Part shown: positions 39,718 through 51,700 of the stretch, in pieces
How the letters are laid out: each line of letters begins with the position of its first letter
Numbering within the stretch: the stretch's first letter is position 1
DNA from: an uncultured Candidatus Sumerlaeota bacterium
Lineage (GTDB): Bacteria > Sumerlaeota > Sumerlaeia > SLMS01 > CAYUNT01
DNA length: 64,000 bases
Assembly: GCA_964446285.1 (NCBI GenBank)
Contig: CAYUNT010000002.1
Coordinates: forward strand, 32-64,031
Direction of reading: 5' to 3'
Position numbers and translations under genes: made by a program
Notes under the pieces: generated by a model
Told to the model about the DNA's origin: nothing
Seen by the model: only the letters and a program-made list of their open reading frames with translations
Databases searched by the model: none

Positions 39718-40395
39718 TCACGGCCGCGCGGCGGGCGCGGGCGCCGGCGCGGATGCGGATGCGGATGGCGGCAGAGGCGCGGGCGATGTCGATGCTGGCG
39801 GAGTCCAGTCGCGTCCTGTGGTCCGTTTTTGCGTTCGAACGATATCGCCCGGGCTGACGGTTCCGTTCGTCGGATCATAGATTAAAAAAGGATTCCACGC
39901 GCGATCCGGCCCCACGCATTGCAGGCGCCATTCGCCGGTTTCATCGAGGAGCGATGGAACAAACCGCGTCGAAAAGGGGCGCGCGGCGTTGCGCTCGATG
40001 AGTTCAGGAATGTTCTCGTATCCGTAGCGACGCCAGATTTCATCAGGGAAATCCAGGGATTTTGGGACATCGCCGCCGAACGGGCACAGCATCGCGGCGC
40101 TCGAAACATACGCGATGGGCGTGCTCAGGCGATCCGGAACATACCACCATTTGAGGAACGTTCCGCGAATGACCTCCGGACCGCCCACAAAACCCGGTTC
40201 CGTCATGGGAGGATAAGCGTTTTCGTCCGTGCGGTAGGTTTCGAGCGCCGTGGCCACAGAGCGCATGTCGGCCAGCGCGCGCGCCACCTTCGAACGCGTT
40301 TGGGCCTCGAGGAAATTGGGAATCGCAATCGCGGCGAGCAGAGAGATGATCGCCACGACCATCAATAGCTCAATGAGTGTGAACGCGCGTTTCAT
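39718..40395 (-). CDS. prepilin-type N-terminal cleavage/methylation domain protein (DUF1559-like pseudopilin), paralog of 3120-3746
   Basis: MKRAFTLIELLMVVAIISLLAAIAIPNFLEAQ... Start is taken at this Met; the longer track ORF would overlap metH. Confidence 0.8.
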   Translation of the reverse strand: MKRAFTLIELLMVVAIISLLAAIAIPNFLEAQTRSKVARALADMRSVATALETYRTDENAYPPMTEPGFVGGPEVIRGTFLKWWYVPDRLSTPIAYVSSAAMLCPFGGDVPKSLDFPDEIWRRYGYENIPELIERNAARPFSTRFVPSLLDETGEWRLQCVGPDRAWNPFLIYDPTNGTVSPGDIVRTQKRTTGRDWTPPASTSPAPLPPSASASAPAPAPAARP

Positions 40396-40438
40396 TGCGG
40401 GAAGTTCCGGGCGCATTTGCATAATGTCATTCGGCCAA

Positions 40439-43400
40439 TCACGAATTGGATGAGGAAGGCGAATTTGCGGATGTTTCCGAAGCGGCAGAGGATTCGTAAC
40501 CAAGCACCGGCGCGAGCCATCGCTCAATTTCGCCGAGCGGCATGCCTTTTCGCTGCTGGTAATCCGCTACCTGGTCGCGTCCAATGGGCGCCACATCAAA
40601 ATACCTGGCGCGCGGGTGCGCGAAATAATACCCGCACACGGACGCCCCGGGCGTCATCGCAAAGGATTCCGTCAGGCGGATGCCCGTGTTCGATTCGGCC
40701 TCAAGCAGGCGGAATATCTCGCGTTTTTCCGTGTGATCCGGGCACGCCGGATAGCCGGGCGCGGGGCGGATGCCACGATATTTCTCGTGAATGATGTCGT
40801 CGTTCGATAGGTTTTCCGCGCGGCCATAACCCCACAAATCTCGCACCTGCTTGTGGAGATATTCAGCCAGAGCCTCGGCGAGACGGTCAGCCAGAGCCTT
40901 CACGAGGATGGCGCTGTAATCGTCGTGCGCAGCCTCGAATTTCGCGCAGAGTTCCGCAGCGCCCGCGCCCGCCGTGACGGCGAACAACCCGGCATAATCG
41001 CGGCGTCCCGAATCGCGCGGCGCAACGAAATCCGCCAGGCACCATTGCGGGCTGCCGTCGTCGCGCTCGATCTGGCGGCGCATAAACCGAAGCGTGGACA
41101 GGGTTTTCGCATGTGTGTCATCCGCGAACAACACCACATCATCGCCCTCGGAGGCGGCTGGGTATATGCCATATACTGCATGGGCCTGAAGAAGGTGTTC
41201 GTCCGCAATGCGCCGCAGCATCGCCTGTCCGTCGTTGAACAATTCGCGGGCGCGTTCGCCCCAGCGCGCATCCTCAAGAATTCTCGGATACACGCCGCGC
41301 AATTCCCAGGCGTGGAAAAACGGCGACCAGTCGATGAAGGGAACAAGGTCCGCGATGGGGACGTCCCGCAGCGCGCGCACGCCCAAAAATGAAGGCGTGT
41401 CAATGGTTTCGCGGCTCCAATCGGGCGCGAATCGCCGTTTGCGCGCCTCCTCGATGGAAAGAAGCGGGCGGGCGGGGCGCGCCTGTTGATGTTCGCGGAG
41501 GCGGGCGTATTCCTCGCCGATTTTTCGCGCATAAGCCCCGCGTGTGGCGGGATCGAGAAGGCTTTGCACCACGCCAGGGGCGCGCGAAGCATCCAGCACA
41601 TGCACGGCGGGCGCATTGTAATTCGGCGCGATTTTCACGGCCGTGTGCAGACGGCTCGTAGTCGCTCCCCCAATCAGCAGCGGCACTTTCATGCCCGTGC
41701 GTTCCATCTCGCGCGCCACATGAACCATTTCATCGAGCGAGGGCGTAATGAGTCCGCTCAACCCGATGATGTCCGCATGGCACTCGCGCGCGCGGCGTAA
41801 AATGTCCTCAGCCGGAACCATTACACCCAGATCAATTACCTCATAGTTATTGCAAGAAAGCACGACGCCAACAATGTTTTTGCCGATGTCGTGGACGTCG
41901 CCCTTGACAGTGGCGAGGAGAATGCGAGCCGCTGCGCTGCCGCCCTCCACTTTGGCGCCCCTTGCCGCCGCCTCTGCTTTTTCGCGCTCCATGTGTGGCG
42001 TCAGGAACGCCACCGCCTTTTTCATCACCCGCGCGCTCTTCACCACCTGCGGCAAAAACATCTTTCCCGCGCCAAACAAATCGCCCACTACACTCATTCC
42101 GCGCATGAGCGGCCCTTCGATCACGGCGAGCGGACGGCCCAATTCCGCAAGCGCCTCCTCAGTATCTTCGTCGATGTAATCCGCCACGCCATGGACGAGC
42201 GCATGGGCAATTCGCTTTTCGACGGGCGCGTTTCGCCACGCCTCCTCTTCTTTCTGTTCGCGTTTTCCGTTGTGCTTGATCTTCTCGGCGAATTCGACCA
42301 GCCGCTCCGTGGCGTCCGGGCGGCGATTGAGCAGCACATCCTCAACGCGCTCGAGCAAATCCGCCGGTATTTCCTCATACACTTCGACCATGCCCGCGTT
42401 CACGATGCCCATGTCGAGTCCGGCGCGGATCGCATAATACAAAAACGCCGAGTGCATCGCCTCGCGCACGGGTTTGTTGCCGCGGAAAGAAAATGACACA
42501 TTCGACACGCCGCCGCTTACGAGGCAGCCCGGCAACTCGCTTTTTATGCGGCGCACCGCCTCGAAAAACGCCAGCGCGTAAGCGTTGTGCTCCTCGATGC
42601 CCGTCGCCACCGTCAGGACGTTTGGATCGAAAATGATGTCGGCCGGATCGTATCCGAGTTCGCCCGTGAGGATTCGATAAGCGCGCGCGCAAATCTCGAA
42701 CTTGCGCTCGGCGGTATCGGCCTGCCCGCGTTCGTCAAACGCCATCACAACCGCCGCCGCGCCATACCGGCGAATGATACGCGCCCGTTCGCGAAAGACG
42801 TCCTCGCCTTCCTTCAGGCTGATCGAATTCACAAGCGCCTTGCCCTGGATGCATTGCAGCCCGGCCTCGATCACCTCCCAGCGCGAACTGTCGATCATGA
42901 TCGGCACGCGCGCGATGGCCGGTTCCGAGGCGATGAGGTTGAGGAATTCGCGCATCATCGCAACGGAATCGATCAGGCCCTCGTCCATGTTGATGTCGAT
43001 CACGTTCGCGCCGTTTTCCACCTGCTGGCGCGCAATCGTGAGCGCGGCTTCGAGATCGCCCCCGCGCACGCACTGGGCGAATTTTGGCGAACCCGTGATA
43101 TTTGTCCGCTCGCCCACCACGATGAAACCCGTTTCCGGGCCGGCCACAAGCGGTTCGAGTCCGCTGAAGCGGCTGGCGCGGCGGCGCGGCGGCGGAACGC
43201 GCGGGGCTTCGCCGCGCACGCGCTCCGCAATGGCGCGGATGTGCGCAGGTGTCGTGCCGCAGCATCCGCCAACGATGTTCAGCCACCCCTCGCGCGCGAA
43301 ATCCCGAAGCATCTCCGACATGTGCGCGGGCGAATCGTCGTATTCCCCAAACGCATTGGGCAGGCCCGCGTTCGGGTAGCAACTGACGAAGCAATCCGCC

Positions 43401-44257
43401 AGCCCCGACAATTCCTCGATGTAAGGCCGCATTTCCGCTGCGCCGAGCGCGCAGTTGATCCCGACCGACAGCGGGCGCGCGTGCTCGATCGAATACCAGA
43501 ACGCCTCGACCGTCTGGCCCGAGAGCGTGCGCCCCGAACGGTCCGTGATCGTGACGGAAATCATCACGGGAACGCGGCGGCCAAGCGATTCGAACACCTC
43601 TTCGATGGCAAAAAGGGCGGCCTTGAGATTGAGCGTATCGAAGGTCGTCTCGGGCAGGAGGACATCCACGCCGCCTTCGAGCAGGGCGCGCGCCTGCTCC
43701 GCGTAAGCATCGGCCAGATCGCGAAACGTGACGGCGCGAAATCCCGGCCGGTTCACGTCGGGCGAGAGCGAGGCGGTTTTGTTCGTCGGCCCCATGGCGC
43801 CCGCCACCCATCGCGGACGCGACGGATCGCGCGCCGTGACTTCGTCGGCGGCCTCGCGGGCAATGCGCGCCGACGCCAGATTGATCTCGCGCGCGAGGGC
43901 CTGGGTTCCGTAGTCCGCTTGCGAAATGCGCGTCGCGTTGAAGGTGTTGGTTTCGATGATATCCGCGCCCGCATCGAGGAAATCGCGATGAATTTGCGCA
44001 ATGACGTCAGGGCGTGTGAGCGAAAGAAGATCGTTGTTTCCGCGCAGGGGCGACGGATGCGCGGCGAACCGCTCGCCCCGGAAATCCTTCTCGTCGAGGC
44101 GGCGCGTTTGAATCATCGTGCCCATTGCGCCATCGAGGATAAGGATTCGCCGCGCGAGCGCCTCACGCAGCGCCCCCTCCGCCGCCGAGGAACCCACGAA
44201 AGAAGATCCAGCGTCGCTGGGCTTTGGATTTTGTTTTTTGGAATCAGAATTGGTCAT
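40439..44257 (-). CDS. metH: cobalamin-dependent methionine synthase
   Basis: Homocysteine-binding Hcy domain ([13 protein letters not shown]), a pterin-binding domain, a B12-binding DxHxxG-type region ([11 protein letters not shown]) and the C-terminal AdoMet activation domain. 1272 aa. Confidence 0.92.
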   Translation of the reverse strand: MTNSDSKKQNPKPSDAGSSFVGSSAAEGALREALARRILILDGAMGTMIQTRRLDEKDFRGERFAAHPSPLRGNNDLLSLTRPDVIAQIHRDFLDAGADIIETNTFNATRISQADYGTQALAREINLASARIAREAADEVTARDPSRPRWVAGAMGPTNKTASLSPDVNRPGFRAVTFRDLADAYAEQARALLEGGVDVLLPETTFDTLNLKAALFAIEEVFESLGRRVPVMISVTITDRSGRTLSGQTVEAFWYSIEHARPLSVGINCALGAAEMRPYIEELSGLADCFVSCYPNAGLPNAFGEYDDSPAHMSEMLRDFAREGWLNIVGGCCGTTPAHIRAIAERVRGEAPRVPPPRRRASRFSGLEPLVAGPETGFIVVGERTNITGSPKFAQCVRGGDLEAALTIARQQVENGANVIDINMDEGLIDSVAMMREFLNLIASEPAIARVPIMIDSSRWEVIEAGLQCIQGKALVNSISLKEGEDVFRERARIIRRYGAAAVVMAFDERGQADTAERKFEICARAYRILTGELGYDPADIIFDPNVLTVATGIEEHNAYALAFFEAVRRIKSELPGCLVSGGVSNVSFSFRGNKPVREAMHSAFLYYAIRAGLDMGIVNAGMVEVYEEIPADLLERVEDVLLNRRPDATERLVEFAEKIKHNGKREQKEEEAWRNAPVEKRIAHALVHGVADYIDEDTEEALAELGRPLAVIEGPLMRGMSVVGDLFGAGKMFLPQVVKSARVMKKAVAFLTPHMEREKAEAAARGAKVEGGSAAARILLATVKGDVHDIGKNIVGVVLSCNNYEVIDLGVMVPAEDILRRARECHADIIGLSGLITPSLDEMVHVAREMERTGMKVPLLIGGATTSRLHTAVKIAPNYNAPAVHVLDASRAPGVVQSLLDPATRGAYARKIGEEYARLREHQQARPARPLLSIEEARKRRFAPDWSRETIDTPSFLGVRALRDVPIADLVPFIDWSPFFHAWELRGVYPRILEDARWGERARELFNDGQAMLRRIADEHLLQAHAVYGIYPAASEGDDVVLFADDTHAKTLSTLRFMRRQIERDDGSPQWCLADFVAPRDSGRRDYAGLFAVTAGAGAAELCAKFEAAHDDYSAILVKALADRLAEALAEYLHKQVRDLWGYGRAENLSNDDIIHEKYRGIRPAPGYPACPDHTEKREIFRLLEAESNTGIRLTESFAMTPGASVCGYYFAHPRARYFDVAPIGRDQVADYQQRKGMPLGEIERWLAPVLGYESSAASETSANSPSSSNS

Positions 44258-44539
44258 GAAATCAAAGAGAGGAACAGGGAAAACATAATCTACAACTCAG
44301 AATATAACGCGCCTCGAAAATGCTCTTCGCAGCCGCGTTCCATTCAAATTCGCACACTCCCCCCAGACCATCAAACAGAAAACCTTTTGCCTAGTCCATC
44401 TACCCAATTAAAAAGAGCGCGGAAGGCCAATCTGGGCAGGCGCCTAATTCTTTTGGTAGTGCGCATTATTTGTTTGTGCTGTCATTTCGTCGGAAAGACA
44501 GCGGGGCGACATCGGGTATCTGATTTGGTATTCTCAAGA

Positions 44540-44989
44540 TTATTCTCTTGTCTCAAGATTCTTGGCATCAATCAGGTCTTGCGGCCTGCCGGCGGCTTTC
44601 TTGGATCGGATCAGGTCCGCCCGCGAGATAAACGGGATATTCAATCCTTCTATGGGGACTTCTTCGCGGCGTTCCCATGCGGATTCAAACTCCATGCCGG
44701 GGATCGACATCATAATATCCAGCCGCAAAGGGGCTTTCCCCATTTGGTAAAAATAGCCAGGCGCGGAAAAATCCTCAGGCGAAAGATTTTGCAGGGGCGC
44801 GCCAAACGCCTTCAGAGCATTGAAGACTCTTTCCGCATTTTCCTTATCGATGGCGATCCACAGGTCCAGGTCCTTGGTATACCGTGGTTCCGTATATCGC
44901 ATCACGGCATACCCGCCGACAACAAGGTATCGGACCTTATAATCGCTGAAAATGTTCAATAGTTCTTTGAAGTCGGGGCTGGTCAGCAT
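44540..44989 (-). CDS. nucleotidyltransferase-fold protein (minimal NTase / TA-type)
   Basis: Pol-beta NTase motif: LVVGGYAV ... KDLDLWI (hG[GS] ... DxD). Confidence 0.6.
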   Translation of the reverse strand: MLTSPDFKELLNIFSDYKVRYLVVGGYAVMRYTEPRYTKDLDLWIAIDKENAERVFNALKAFGAPLQNLSPEDFSAPGYFYQMGKAPLRLDIMMSIPGMEFESAWERREEVPIEGLNIPFISRADLIRSKKAAGRPQDLIDAKNLETRE

Positions 44990-45164
44990 ATCCTTGTCTC
45001 ACAATTTGATAATCCTTCACCATATCGAGCGCGGCCTCAAAAATAGCCGCCGGACCTTGGCGCTGCCAAAATTCCACATCAAAGCGGCGGTCGTCTTCGC
45101 CAGCGCCGCCGGTCTCCTTTTCGCCGCCACCGATTTTGCCATACACTTCAATAATCTCAGACAT
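44937..45164 (-). CDS. small hypothetical protein, possible partner of the NTase
   Basis: 75-aa ORF overlapping the NTase start by 53 nt. Contains an RLQRTIEH (Rx6H-like) motif. Weak. Confidence 0.35.
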   Translation of the reverse strand: MSEIIEVYGKIGGGEKETGGAGEDDRRFDVEFWQRQGPAAIFEAALDMVKDYQIVRQGYADQPRLQRTIEHFQRL

Positions 45165-45356
45165 GATTTCCTTCTCCGAAGTTTTCGCACAATGCCGCTG
45201 TCATCAAGCCACACATATTCGGCTTGCCGCTTTTGCATGGCGGCAACACATGCAAGGTCACACATTCCCCCCAAGGCCATCAAACAAAATACAAGCAAGT
45301 CGGATGGCATAGCCTTTGTGGCAAGGTTGCGGAGCCACTGTTGGAGGCAGGGGCTG

Positions 45357-46859
45357 CTAATCGCGCCCGGAGGAGCGCACGAGGATTCCGCAGATGCGGT
45401 CTTGGGTGGCGCGGATGGTGGCGACGGGCGAGGAAAAGTGATTCGCCAAAATGGAAAATGCAATCTCTCGTCCGTCGCGGCCCTTAATATAGCCTGAAAG
45501 TCCGCTGACATCGCGCAAGGTGCCCGTCTTAGCCGTGACTTGCCCTTCCATCCCGTCCTTGCTCATGCGATAACGCAGCGTGCCGTCGCGGCCCGAAACT
45601 GGCAGCGAGGCGCGAAACGCCTCGGAACCCGCGCCAGAGGCCATCTCGCGCAGCAGCATCACAATCGCGCGCGGCGCCACAAGGTCCGTGCGCGCCAGGC
45701 CGCTGCCATCTTCGCCCTCGACGAGCGAATCCGGAATCCGCATTCCGCGCAGGAATCGCGCCTCGGCGGCGTGTGAGGCGTCGTAGGAGCATTGCCCCGC
45801 CGCGCGCCCCCCGGCGGCCAGATAGACCATCTCCGCCAAATGATTGTCGCTGTCTTTGTTTGTGCGTTCGATGATCGCGGCGAGCGGCGGGGATTTGTGT
45901 TCGGCCAGCAGGCGCGCGCGGTCCGAAGCGGCGTCCGGAGCCACTCGTCGCCATTCGATTTCCACGCGCCCCTTGAACTCGATGCCTTCGCGGCGCAGCG
46001 CGTTTTCCAGCGCCTCCGCCCACCCAGACACCGGATCGGGCAGAGGAAGCGTCAGCGATTCCGCAGGCAATCCCTGGGGAAATTCGCCCACAGCCACCAG
46101 CGCGGCCGGTCCGGTGGCGCGCGCAAGGCGGAGAGTTTTCTTGCCCGAAGCGCCAACCGTGCGTGTTTGATTTTCAAGCGCGAGGCCGCGTTCGAGGCGC
46201 GGCGTAATTTCTGCGCGGCACGGCTCGCCTGCCACATCCGCCGGGGAAAACTTGACCAGAACACGGTTTTCGTTCAGCGCCAGCGCCGACGGCAGCGTTC
46301 CGTAGAGTTCGAGCAGTTGATCCCACGCCCATCCGGGCGGCATGAGCGCCGGGGATTCGTAGATGGAAGTGTCGATCACAACGCGCCCCGCCACGCTCTT
46401 GATGCCTGCGTCCTTTGCGGCGCGCGCCCAATCGCCGAGCAGCGCCAGGCCCGAGCGCCCGCGCAGGAATTCCGGCCGCATAGCCGGATCGCCGCCCGCC
46501 TCGAGCACGAGATCGCCATCGAGCGCGCCCGCGCCGTCCAGCGCCCCTGCCGCCCAAAACCGTGTTGTGAACTGATAATCCGCGCCAAGTGTCCGCAGCG
46601 CGAGCGACGTTGAGAACAGTTTGCGGTTCGAGGCCGGCATCAAGCGTTCATTGCCCCCGGCATCAACCAGCACCCGCCCCGTCGAGAGGTCCAGCGCATA
46701 CACACCCCACTGCCCGCCGCGCTCGCCGAGTTTGGCAATTTCATCCGCCACGAGCTTTTGCAGCGACGGATCCGGCCCCGATGGCGCGCCCGCCGCTGAT
46801 AAAGATGCCAGGCAGAATAGCGCCAGCGCGGCGCACAAAGAGCATAAGGATAATCGCAT
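45357..46859 (-). CDS. dacB: D-alanyl-D-alanine carboxypeptidase/endopeptidase (PBP4, peptidase S13)
   Basis: Signal peptide, PBP4-type blocks (LMPASNRKLFSTSLAL; KTGTLRDVSGLSGYIKGRDGREIAFSILANH). Confidence 0.85.
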   Translation of the reverse strand: MRLSLCSLCAALALFCLASLSAAGAPSGPDPSLQKLVADEIAKLGERGGQWGVYALDLSTGRVLVDAGGNERLMPASNRKLFSTSLALRTLGADYQFTTRFWAAGALDGAGALDGDLVLEAGGDPAMRPEFLRGRSGLALLGDWARAAKDAGIKSVAGRVVIDTSIYESPALMPPGWAWDQLLELYGTLPSALALNENRVLVKFSPADVAGEPCRAEITPRLERGLALENQTRTVGASGKKTLRLARATGPAALVAVGEFPQGLPAESLTLPLPDPVSGWAEALENALRREGIEFKGRVEIEWRRVAPDAASDRARLLAEHKSPPLAAIIERTNKDSDNHLAEMVYLAAGGRAAGQCSYDASHAAEARFLRGMRIPDSLVEGEDGSGLARTDLVAPRAIVMLLREMASGAGSEAFRASLPVSGRDGTLRYRMSKDGMEGQVTAKTGTLRDVSGLSGYIKGRDGREIAFSILANHFSSPVATIRATQDRICGILVRSSGRD

Positions 46860-46965
46860 TATTCACACAGCCCCAACGAAAAACGATGCAGAGAATATGC
46901 ACCGCGCCATCGCATTGCAGCGTCAGAATCCTGGAATCCGCGCGGCGGCGGCGGCGTCCGGGCGC

Positions 46966-48567
46966 CTATTCACGGAAAGAGGCCAAAGTGACGCAAGCAC
47001 GATCTATCACTTCATCCGCTCCGTCGATGCCGGCGTTGTGATTATTGACCAGCATGCTGAAGACGAGATCGCGCCCGCTGGCGTCCGTCACGTATCCGGA
47101 AAATCCGCGCACATAGCCGATGTATCCCGTCTTGGCCTGCACCTTGCCTTCGGCGGCCGTTCCGACCATGCGCTTATCGAGTGTCGATTCCTCGCCCACA
47201 TAAGGCAGCGAGGTCCGGAATACATCACGCAGTTCAGGGTTGTTGTAGATGCGGCGCAAGAGGGCGCAAAACTGGCGCGGCTGCACATAATCCTGGCGCG
47301 CAAGCCCCGAGCCGTCACACATTTGCAGTTTGTCTGGATCAGGAGCGCCGATTGCCTCGAACCACTTGCGCACGGCTTTGAGGCCGCCATCGAAATCGCC
47401 GGGAAAGCCTTCGTGAACCGCCAGCGTGCGCAAAATCTGATCGGCGAAAAAGTTGTGGCTGGGTTTGTTGACCACGCGGATGAGTTCGGACAAAGGCGGC
47501 GAAACATGCGTGATGAACGTCTGGCGGCGCCCGGGAGCGGGCTTGTCAATGCGCGCCGGATCGCCGAGTGAGCGGATGTTTCGCGCCGCGCCATCGACGC
47601 GGATTCCCTCGCGCTCAAAGGCCTCTTTCGCAAGCGTGGCCGCATAGAGCGCGCCATCCCACACAGCCCCGCGTTCGCGATGCGGTTTTGCGTCGATGGC
47701 AATTTCGCCCCGCACGACAAAGACATTGCTGCCCGTCTCGCGCGAGACGATGTCCGCCGTGGTTTTCGTGCCCGTGGTTGCCGTGGTGGCCTCATTGACG
47801 AGCGTGATGAATGGAGTGGCCGGAACGACGCGCAGCGAAGGGCGGTCGCCAACGGCCTTGCCCGGCGTGGTGTAGAATCGGAAGCAATTTTCCTCCATCG
47901 CCAAGCCGCTCGATCCGCAACCATACCAATAGGGCAGATCGCCATATTCCCAATAAGATGAAATGTATTCTTCGGTAAAACAACGCCCGTCGCCGATAAT
48001 ATCGCCCGAGATTTCGCGAATGCCCGCGTCCTTGAGCGCCTTGGCCCATTCGGCCAGGAGTTTCGCGCTGTCGTGCGAGTCGTCCGGATGCCATGCGCCG
48101 AGCGATGGATCGCCCGATCCCACAATGACCAGATCGCCATCGAGCCGCCCATTGCGAATCTCGCCCACGGCGTCAACGCGCGTCGTGTAACTGAAGTCCT
48201 TGCCGAGGCGGTCCAGCGCGGCGGCCGTCGTGACGAGTTTTGTATTCGAGGCCGGATTCATGGACTTTGCGCCATTGAGATCATAAATCACTTCGCCTTC
48301 GGCGGTTTCCACGCGCACTCCCCAAAAGGCGTTATCGAAGCGCGGATCGCTGAAAATGGTATTGAGGTCCGCGCGGAGTTTTTCGCGCGCGGGCGAAGTG
48401 GCAGCAGCTGCGGGCGCATTGGATGCGGCGGATGTCACAGCGCCTGCGGCGTTGCCTGCGGCCTCGCGCCCGGGCGGCGGGCAAAGCGTCGCGCAGCCCA
48501 AAATCCACGCGCACAAAGCAAAAAGAGAGAAAAACCGCAGCAAATCAACTGGTCGCACTCGAATCAT
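46966..48567 (-). CDS. PBP4-family D,D-carboxypeptidase/endopeptidase paralog (lipoprotein-like start)
   Basis: MIRVRPVDLLRFFSLFALCAWILGC lipobox-like start at 48567. NPASNTKL and KTGYIGYVRGFSGYVTDASGRDLVFSMLVNNH blocks. Confidence 0.8.
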   Translation of the reverse strand: MIRVRPVDLLRFFSLFALCAWILGCATLCPPPGREAAGNAAGAVTSAASNAPAAAATSPAREKLRADLNTIFSDPRFDNAFWGVRVETAEGEVIYDLNGAKSMNPASNTKLVTTAAALDRLGKDFSYTTRVDAVGEIRNGRLDGDLVIVGSGDPSLGAWHPDDSHDSAKLLAEWAKALKDAGIREISGDIIGDGRCFTEEYISSYWEYGDLPYWYGCGSSGLAMEENCFRFYTTPGKAVGDRPSLRVVPATPFITLVNEATTATTGTKTTADIVSRETGSNVFVVRGEIAIDAKPHRERGAVWDGALYAATLAKEAFEREGIRVDGAARNIRSLGDPARIDKPAPGRRQTFITHVSPPLSELIRVVNKPSHNFFADQILRTLAVHEGFPGDFDGGLKAVRKWFEAIGAPDPDKLQMCDGSGLARQDYVQPRQFCALLRRIYNNPELRDVFRTSLPYVGEESTLDKRMVGTAAEGKVQAKTGYIGYVRGFSGYVTDASGRDLVFSMLVNNHNAGIDGADEVIDRACVTLASFRE

Positions 48568-48703
48568 GCAACAACTCCACAAAAAGAATGCCGTCGGGTG
48601 CCGGCGGCGCAGAAAGAAGTGAAAACCACTCGCGCCAAGTGGATCAAGGTCAATGGAGCGCCACTGGCCGCAGACCCAACGGCGCGACGCGCAACCGCCC
48701 TTT

Positions 48704-51700
48704 TCAGTCCGCAACGCGATCGAGAGGCACTTCGCGTTCGATGCCCGCCCACAAAAATACAAGCACGGCCTTTTGCACGGGACGCCTGTGTATTTCGGAC
48801 AGCGCCCGCGCATAAAGGCGGATTTGTTCCGCATACGAAATGGCGCGCTCTTCCAAGGCCGGACCGGCGCTCACCTGGTCCGTTTTCCAATCCAGGAGGA
48901 GGAGTCCATCCGACGCGGCGGCCACGCAATCGGCCACGCCCTGGACTACGATACTTTCGCCGCGGAAGCGCGCACGCGCGGTTTCGGGGAGAAATCCATA
49001 GACCTCGCCGGCGGGAACAAGCGCCGTGAACGGAACCTCGCGGCGGATGGCGCCTGCGGGAAGCGAGGCGAGGCGGCGTCCGAGTTCGCCCTGAAAAAAC
49101 CGCGCCACGGCGGCGCAATCCACCGCGTCCGCCGCTACCGCGGGCAACAAGCCCTGATTGATCAGCGCCGCCACTTGCCCGCGCACCTGCTCTTCAGAGT
49201 CCGCGCGCGAATAATCCAGGTGGCGCATGGCTAAATGCGTAATCGTTCCGCGCTCGGCCGCTCCCAGCTGCGGCGGACGCTCCTCCTTCCCGGGTGATTC
49301 CTCACTCTCTTTCGCTGAAAATTCCTTGCATGTCTTTCGCGCAGATGCGGGCGGCGCAAACGGCCATCCGGGCGCGCCATCCTCTGGTTCGCTCGCGTAA
49401 TCCCAGAGACGTTTGATTTCTGTTACAGACATCTTCGCGCGCAGTCCGCCAGGAAGCTCGGGCGCGGAAGAGGCGGCGGCTATGCGGCGGAGCGATTCCA
49501 GCGCCCGCGCTTCCCACGAGGCGCAGTCGCCCGCAAAGGCATTCGACGCTCCTTCGGCCGCTTCCGCTTCTGGCGGCTTTGCGAATTCCGTATTAGCGCC
49601 TGTGATTTCTATGCGCTCGATGATGTGCGCGAGCGTTAGCGGAACGGACTGATTGCGGGCGATTCCCAACGAGGCGCCGCGGCGGCGTTGTTCTGCCCTG
49701 GCCTCCTCGGATTTCGCCGCCAACTCGGCCGATCCCGCAAGCGCCGGGCCAATCCAATCGAGCAGACACCGCGCCGATGAACGCAAAAACACAGGAAGCG
49801 TCTCGGATTTTGCGCCACCGCTCCAGAGCCGCCACGCATCGAAGGCCTCGCGCGGGCGCGCGACAGTTCCGCTCAAAATCAGCAAATCGCGCGCCCGCGT
49901 CATGGCGACGTAAAGCAGGCGCATTTCCTCGGAAAGCATGGCGATGCGCCGCCCCGCGCGCACGGCTTCGTGATGAAGCGCGGGCAGATGCACGCCTCGC
50001 TGCTTGCAGGGCGCGCGCATCCCGATCAGGCCGCGGCGATCAGTGACAATCGGATTATACAGGTCTGATAAATTGAACCGCCCCGACAGATTGGCAATCA
50101 CAACCACGGGAAATTCGAGACCCTTGGCGCGATGGATCGAAAGCAGCCGGACGGCGTTTTCGCCGGGCGGCGCATTGTCGCCCGAGGCCGGGTTCTGTCC
50201 CGATTCGGCCAGGCGGCGCAAAAATCGCAGAAATCGCGCAAGGCCCCGATTCGCGAACGTGTCAAACTGCGCGGCGCGCTCGCGCAACGTTTCGATGTTG
50301 GACTCACGCAAATCCCCATCCAAACCGGCGCATGCGGCGGCCCGATACTGCGATTCCGCGAGGATGCGGTCGATCAATTCCGCGACAGATACTTGCCGCG
50401 ATAAAGCGCGCCATCGCTCGATACGTTCGAGCGCCGCGCGGCATCGCTCCGCTAAATCTGAGCTATCGTCAGAATTCGCACTGGCCTTCGCGCCGGAATC
50501 GCCTGCGGAAAATGCCCGCGCGGCCGCGTAAAAATCGCCTTCGGACGCGCCGAGGCGGATGCGCATCAGGTCATCGGCGGAAAAGCGGCAAAAAGGCGAA
50601 CGCAAATACGCCGCCAGCGGGATGTCCTGGCAGGGATTGTCGAGAATTTCCAAAACCGATACCAGATCGCGAATTTCCAGCGCATCGAGGAGGTTGCCGC
50701 CCGGCGGGGCCTTCACTGGAATTCCGCAATGCCGCAACGCCGCCGCAAACACATCCGCGCCCGTCATCGAGCGCATGAGGATCACGATGTCTCCCCACTG
50801 CACGGGCCGCCACACGCCGCCGGAGTCTTCGATCCACAAATCCGCGTTCTGGCCATCGGCTCGTCGGCCCACGAGCGACCACAACCGGCTAGCAAGCGCA
50901 TACGCCTCGCGTTCGAGCAGGGCCGGTTCGGCTTCGGGAGCGGCCGCGTCTTCGCCTTCCCCTTCATTTTCCTCGCTAGCGGCTTCATTTTCCGCGCCGC
51001 CATCCGGGGAATGCGCTCCTTCTTCGCCGCGCGTATCCGCATCCGATGGCTCGCCGTTTGGCGAAAAAGCCACGGCCGATTCTCCACCGTCCGCGCGCGA
51101 GACGATGGGCGCGCTGGAATCCACAAGCAGCCACTCTACAGGACAATTGTCTGGATTTTTCGAGGGCGGCAAATCAGCGGGCGGGTCGGACGCGCCGCGC
51201 CCCTGCACAAGACGCGCGGAATCATCATAAGGAATTCCGCCAAGCGCCACGTCCATCAGGCGCTCGAAGACAGAATTCACCGCGTCGATCACCGGACGCC
51301 GGCAGCGATAATTGCGCGGAAGATCGATGCGGAAATCGGCTGTGTCTATGTTGGCAACATGATTTTCAGTTGTGCCTGCGGATAGCGCGCCAGCCGATGC
51401 CGCGCTTTGCGGCGCATCGGGCCGGAGCGATTGCGCACGACGGTAGGCGTCAAGGAATATCTCCGGTTCCGCCAGCCGGAATCCATAGATGCTCTGCTTA
51501 ACGTCACCCACGGCAAACAGGTTCGGCGCGCGCCCTTGCGCATCGTTCTGGCGGCTCACCAGATGCAAAATCGCCGCCTGCAACTCGTTGATGTCCTGGT
51601 ATTCGTCCACGAGGACCCGCTCGAACCGGTCGCGATACTGCAGCGCCACCGGACCCGGCGTGAGAAAAGCCTCGTTCGAACTCAGATTACTTGTCTCATT

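Larger units (their letters stand above)
44353..45290. other. roughly 0.9 kb lower-GC cassette bounded by 33-bp imperfect direct repeats (cacactccccccagaccatcaaacagaaaac / cacacattccccccaaggccatcaaacaaaatac)
   Basis: Direct repeats read at 44353-44383 and 45257-45290. The enclosed DNA is visibly more AT-rich and carries two small overlapping minus-strand ORFs. Confidence 0.45.
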
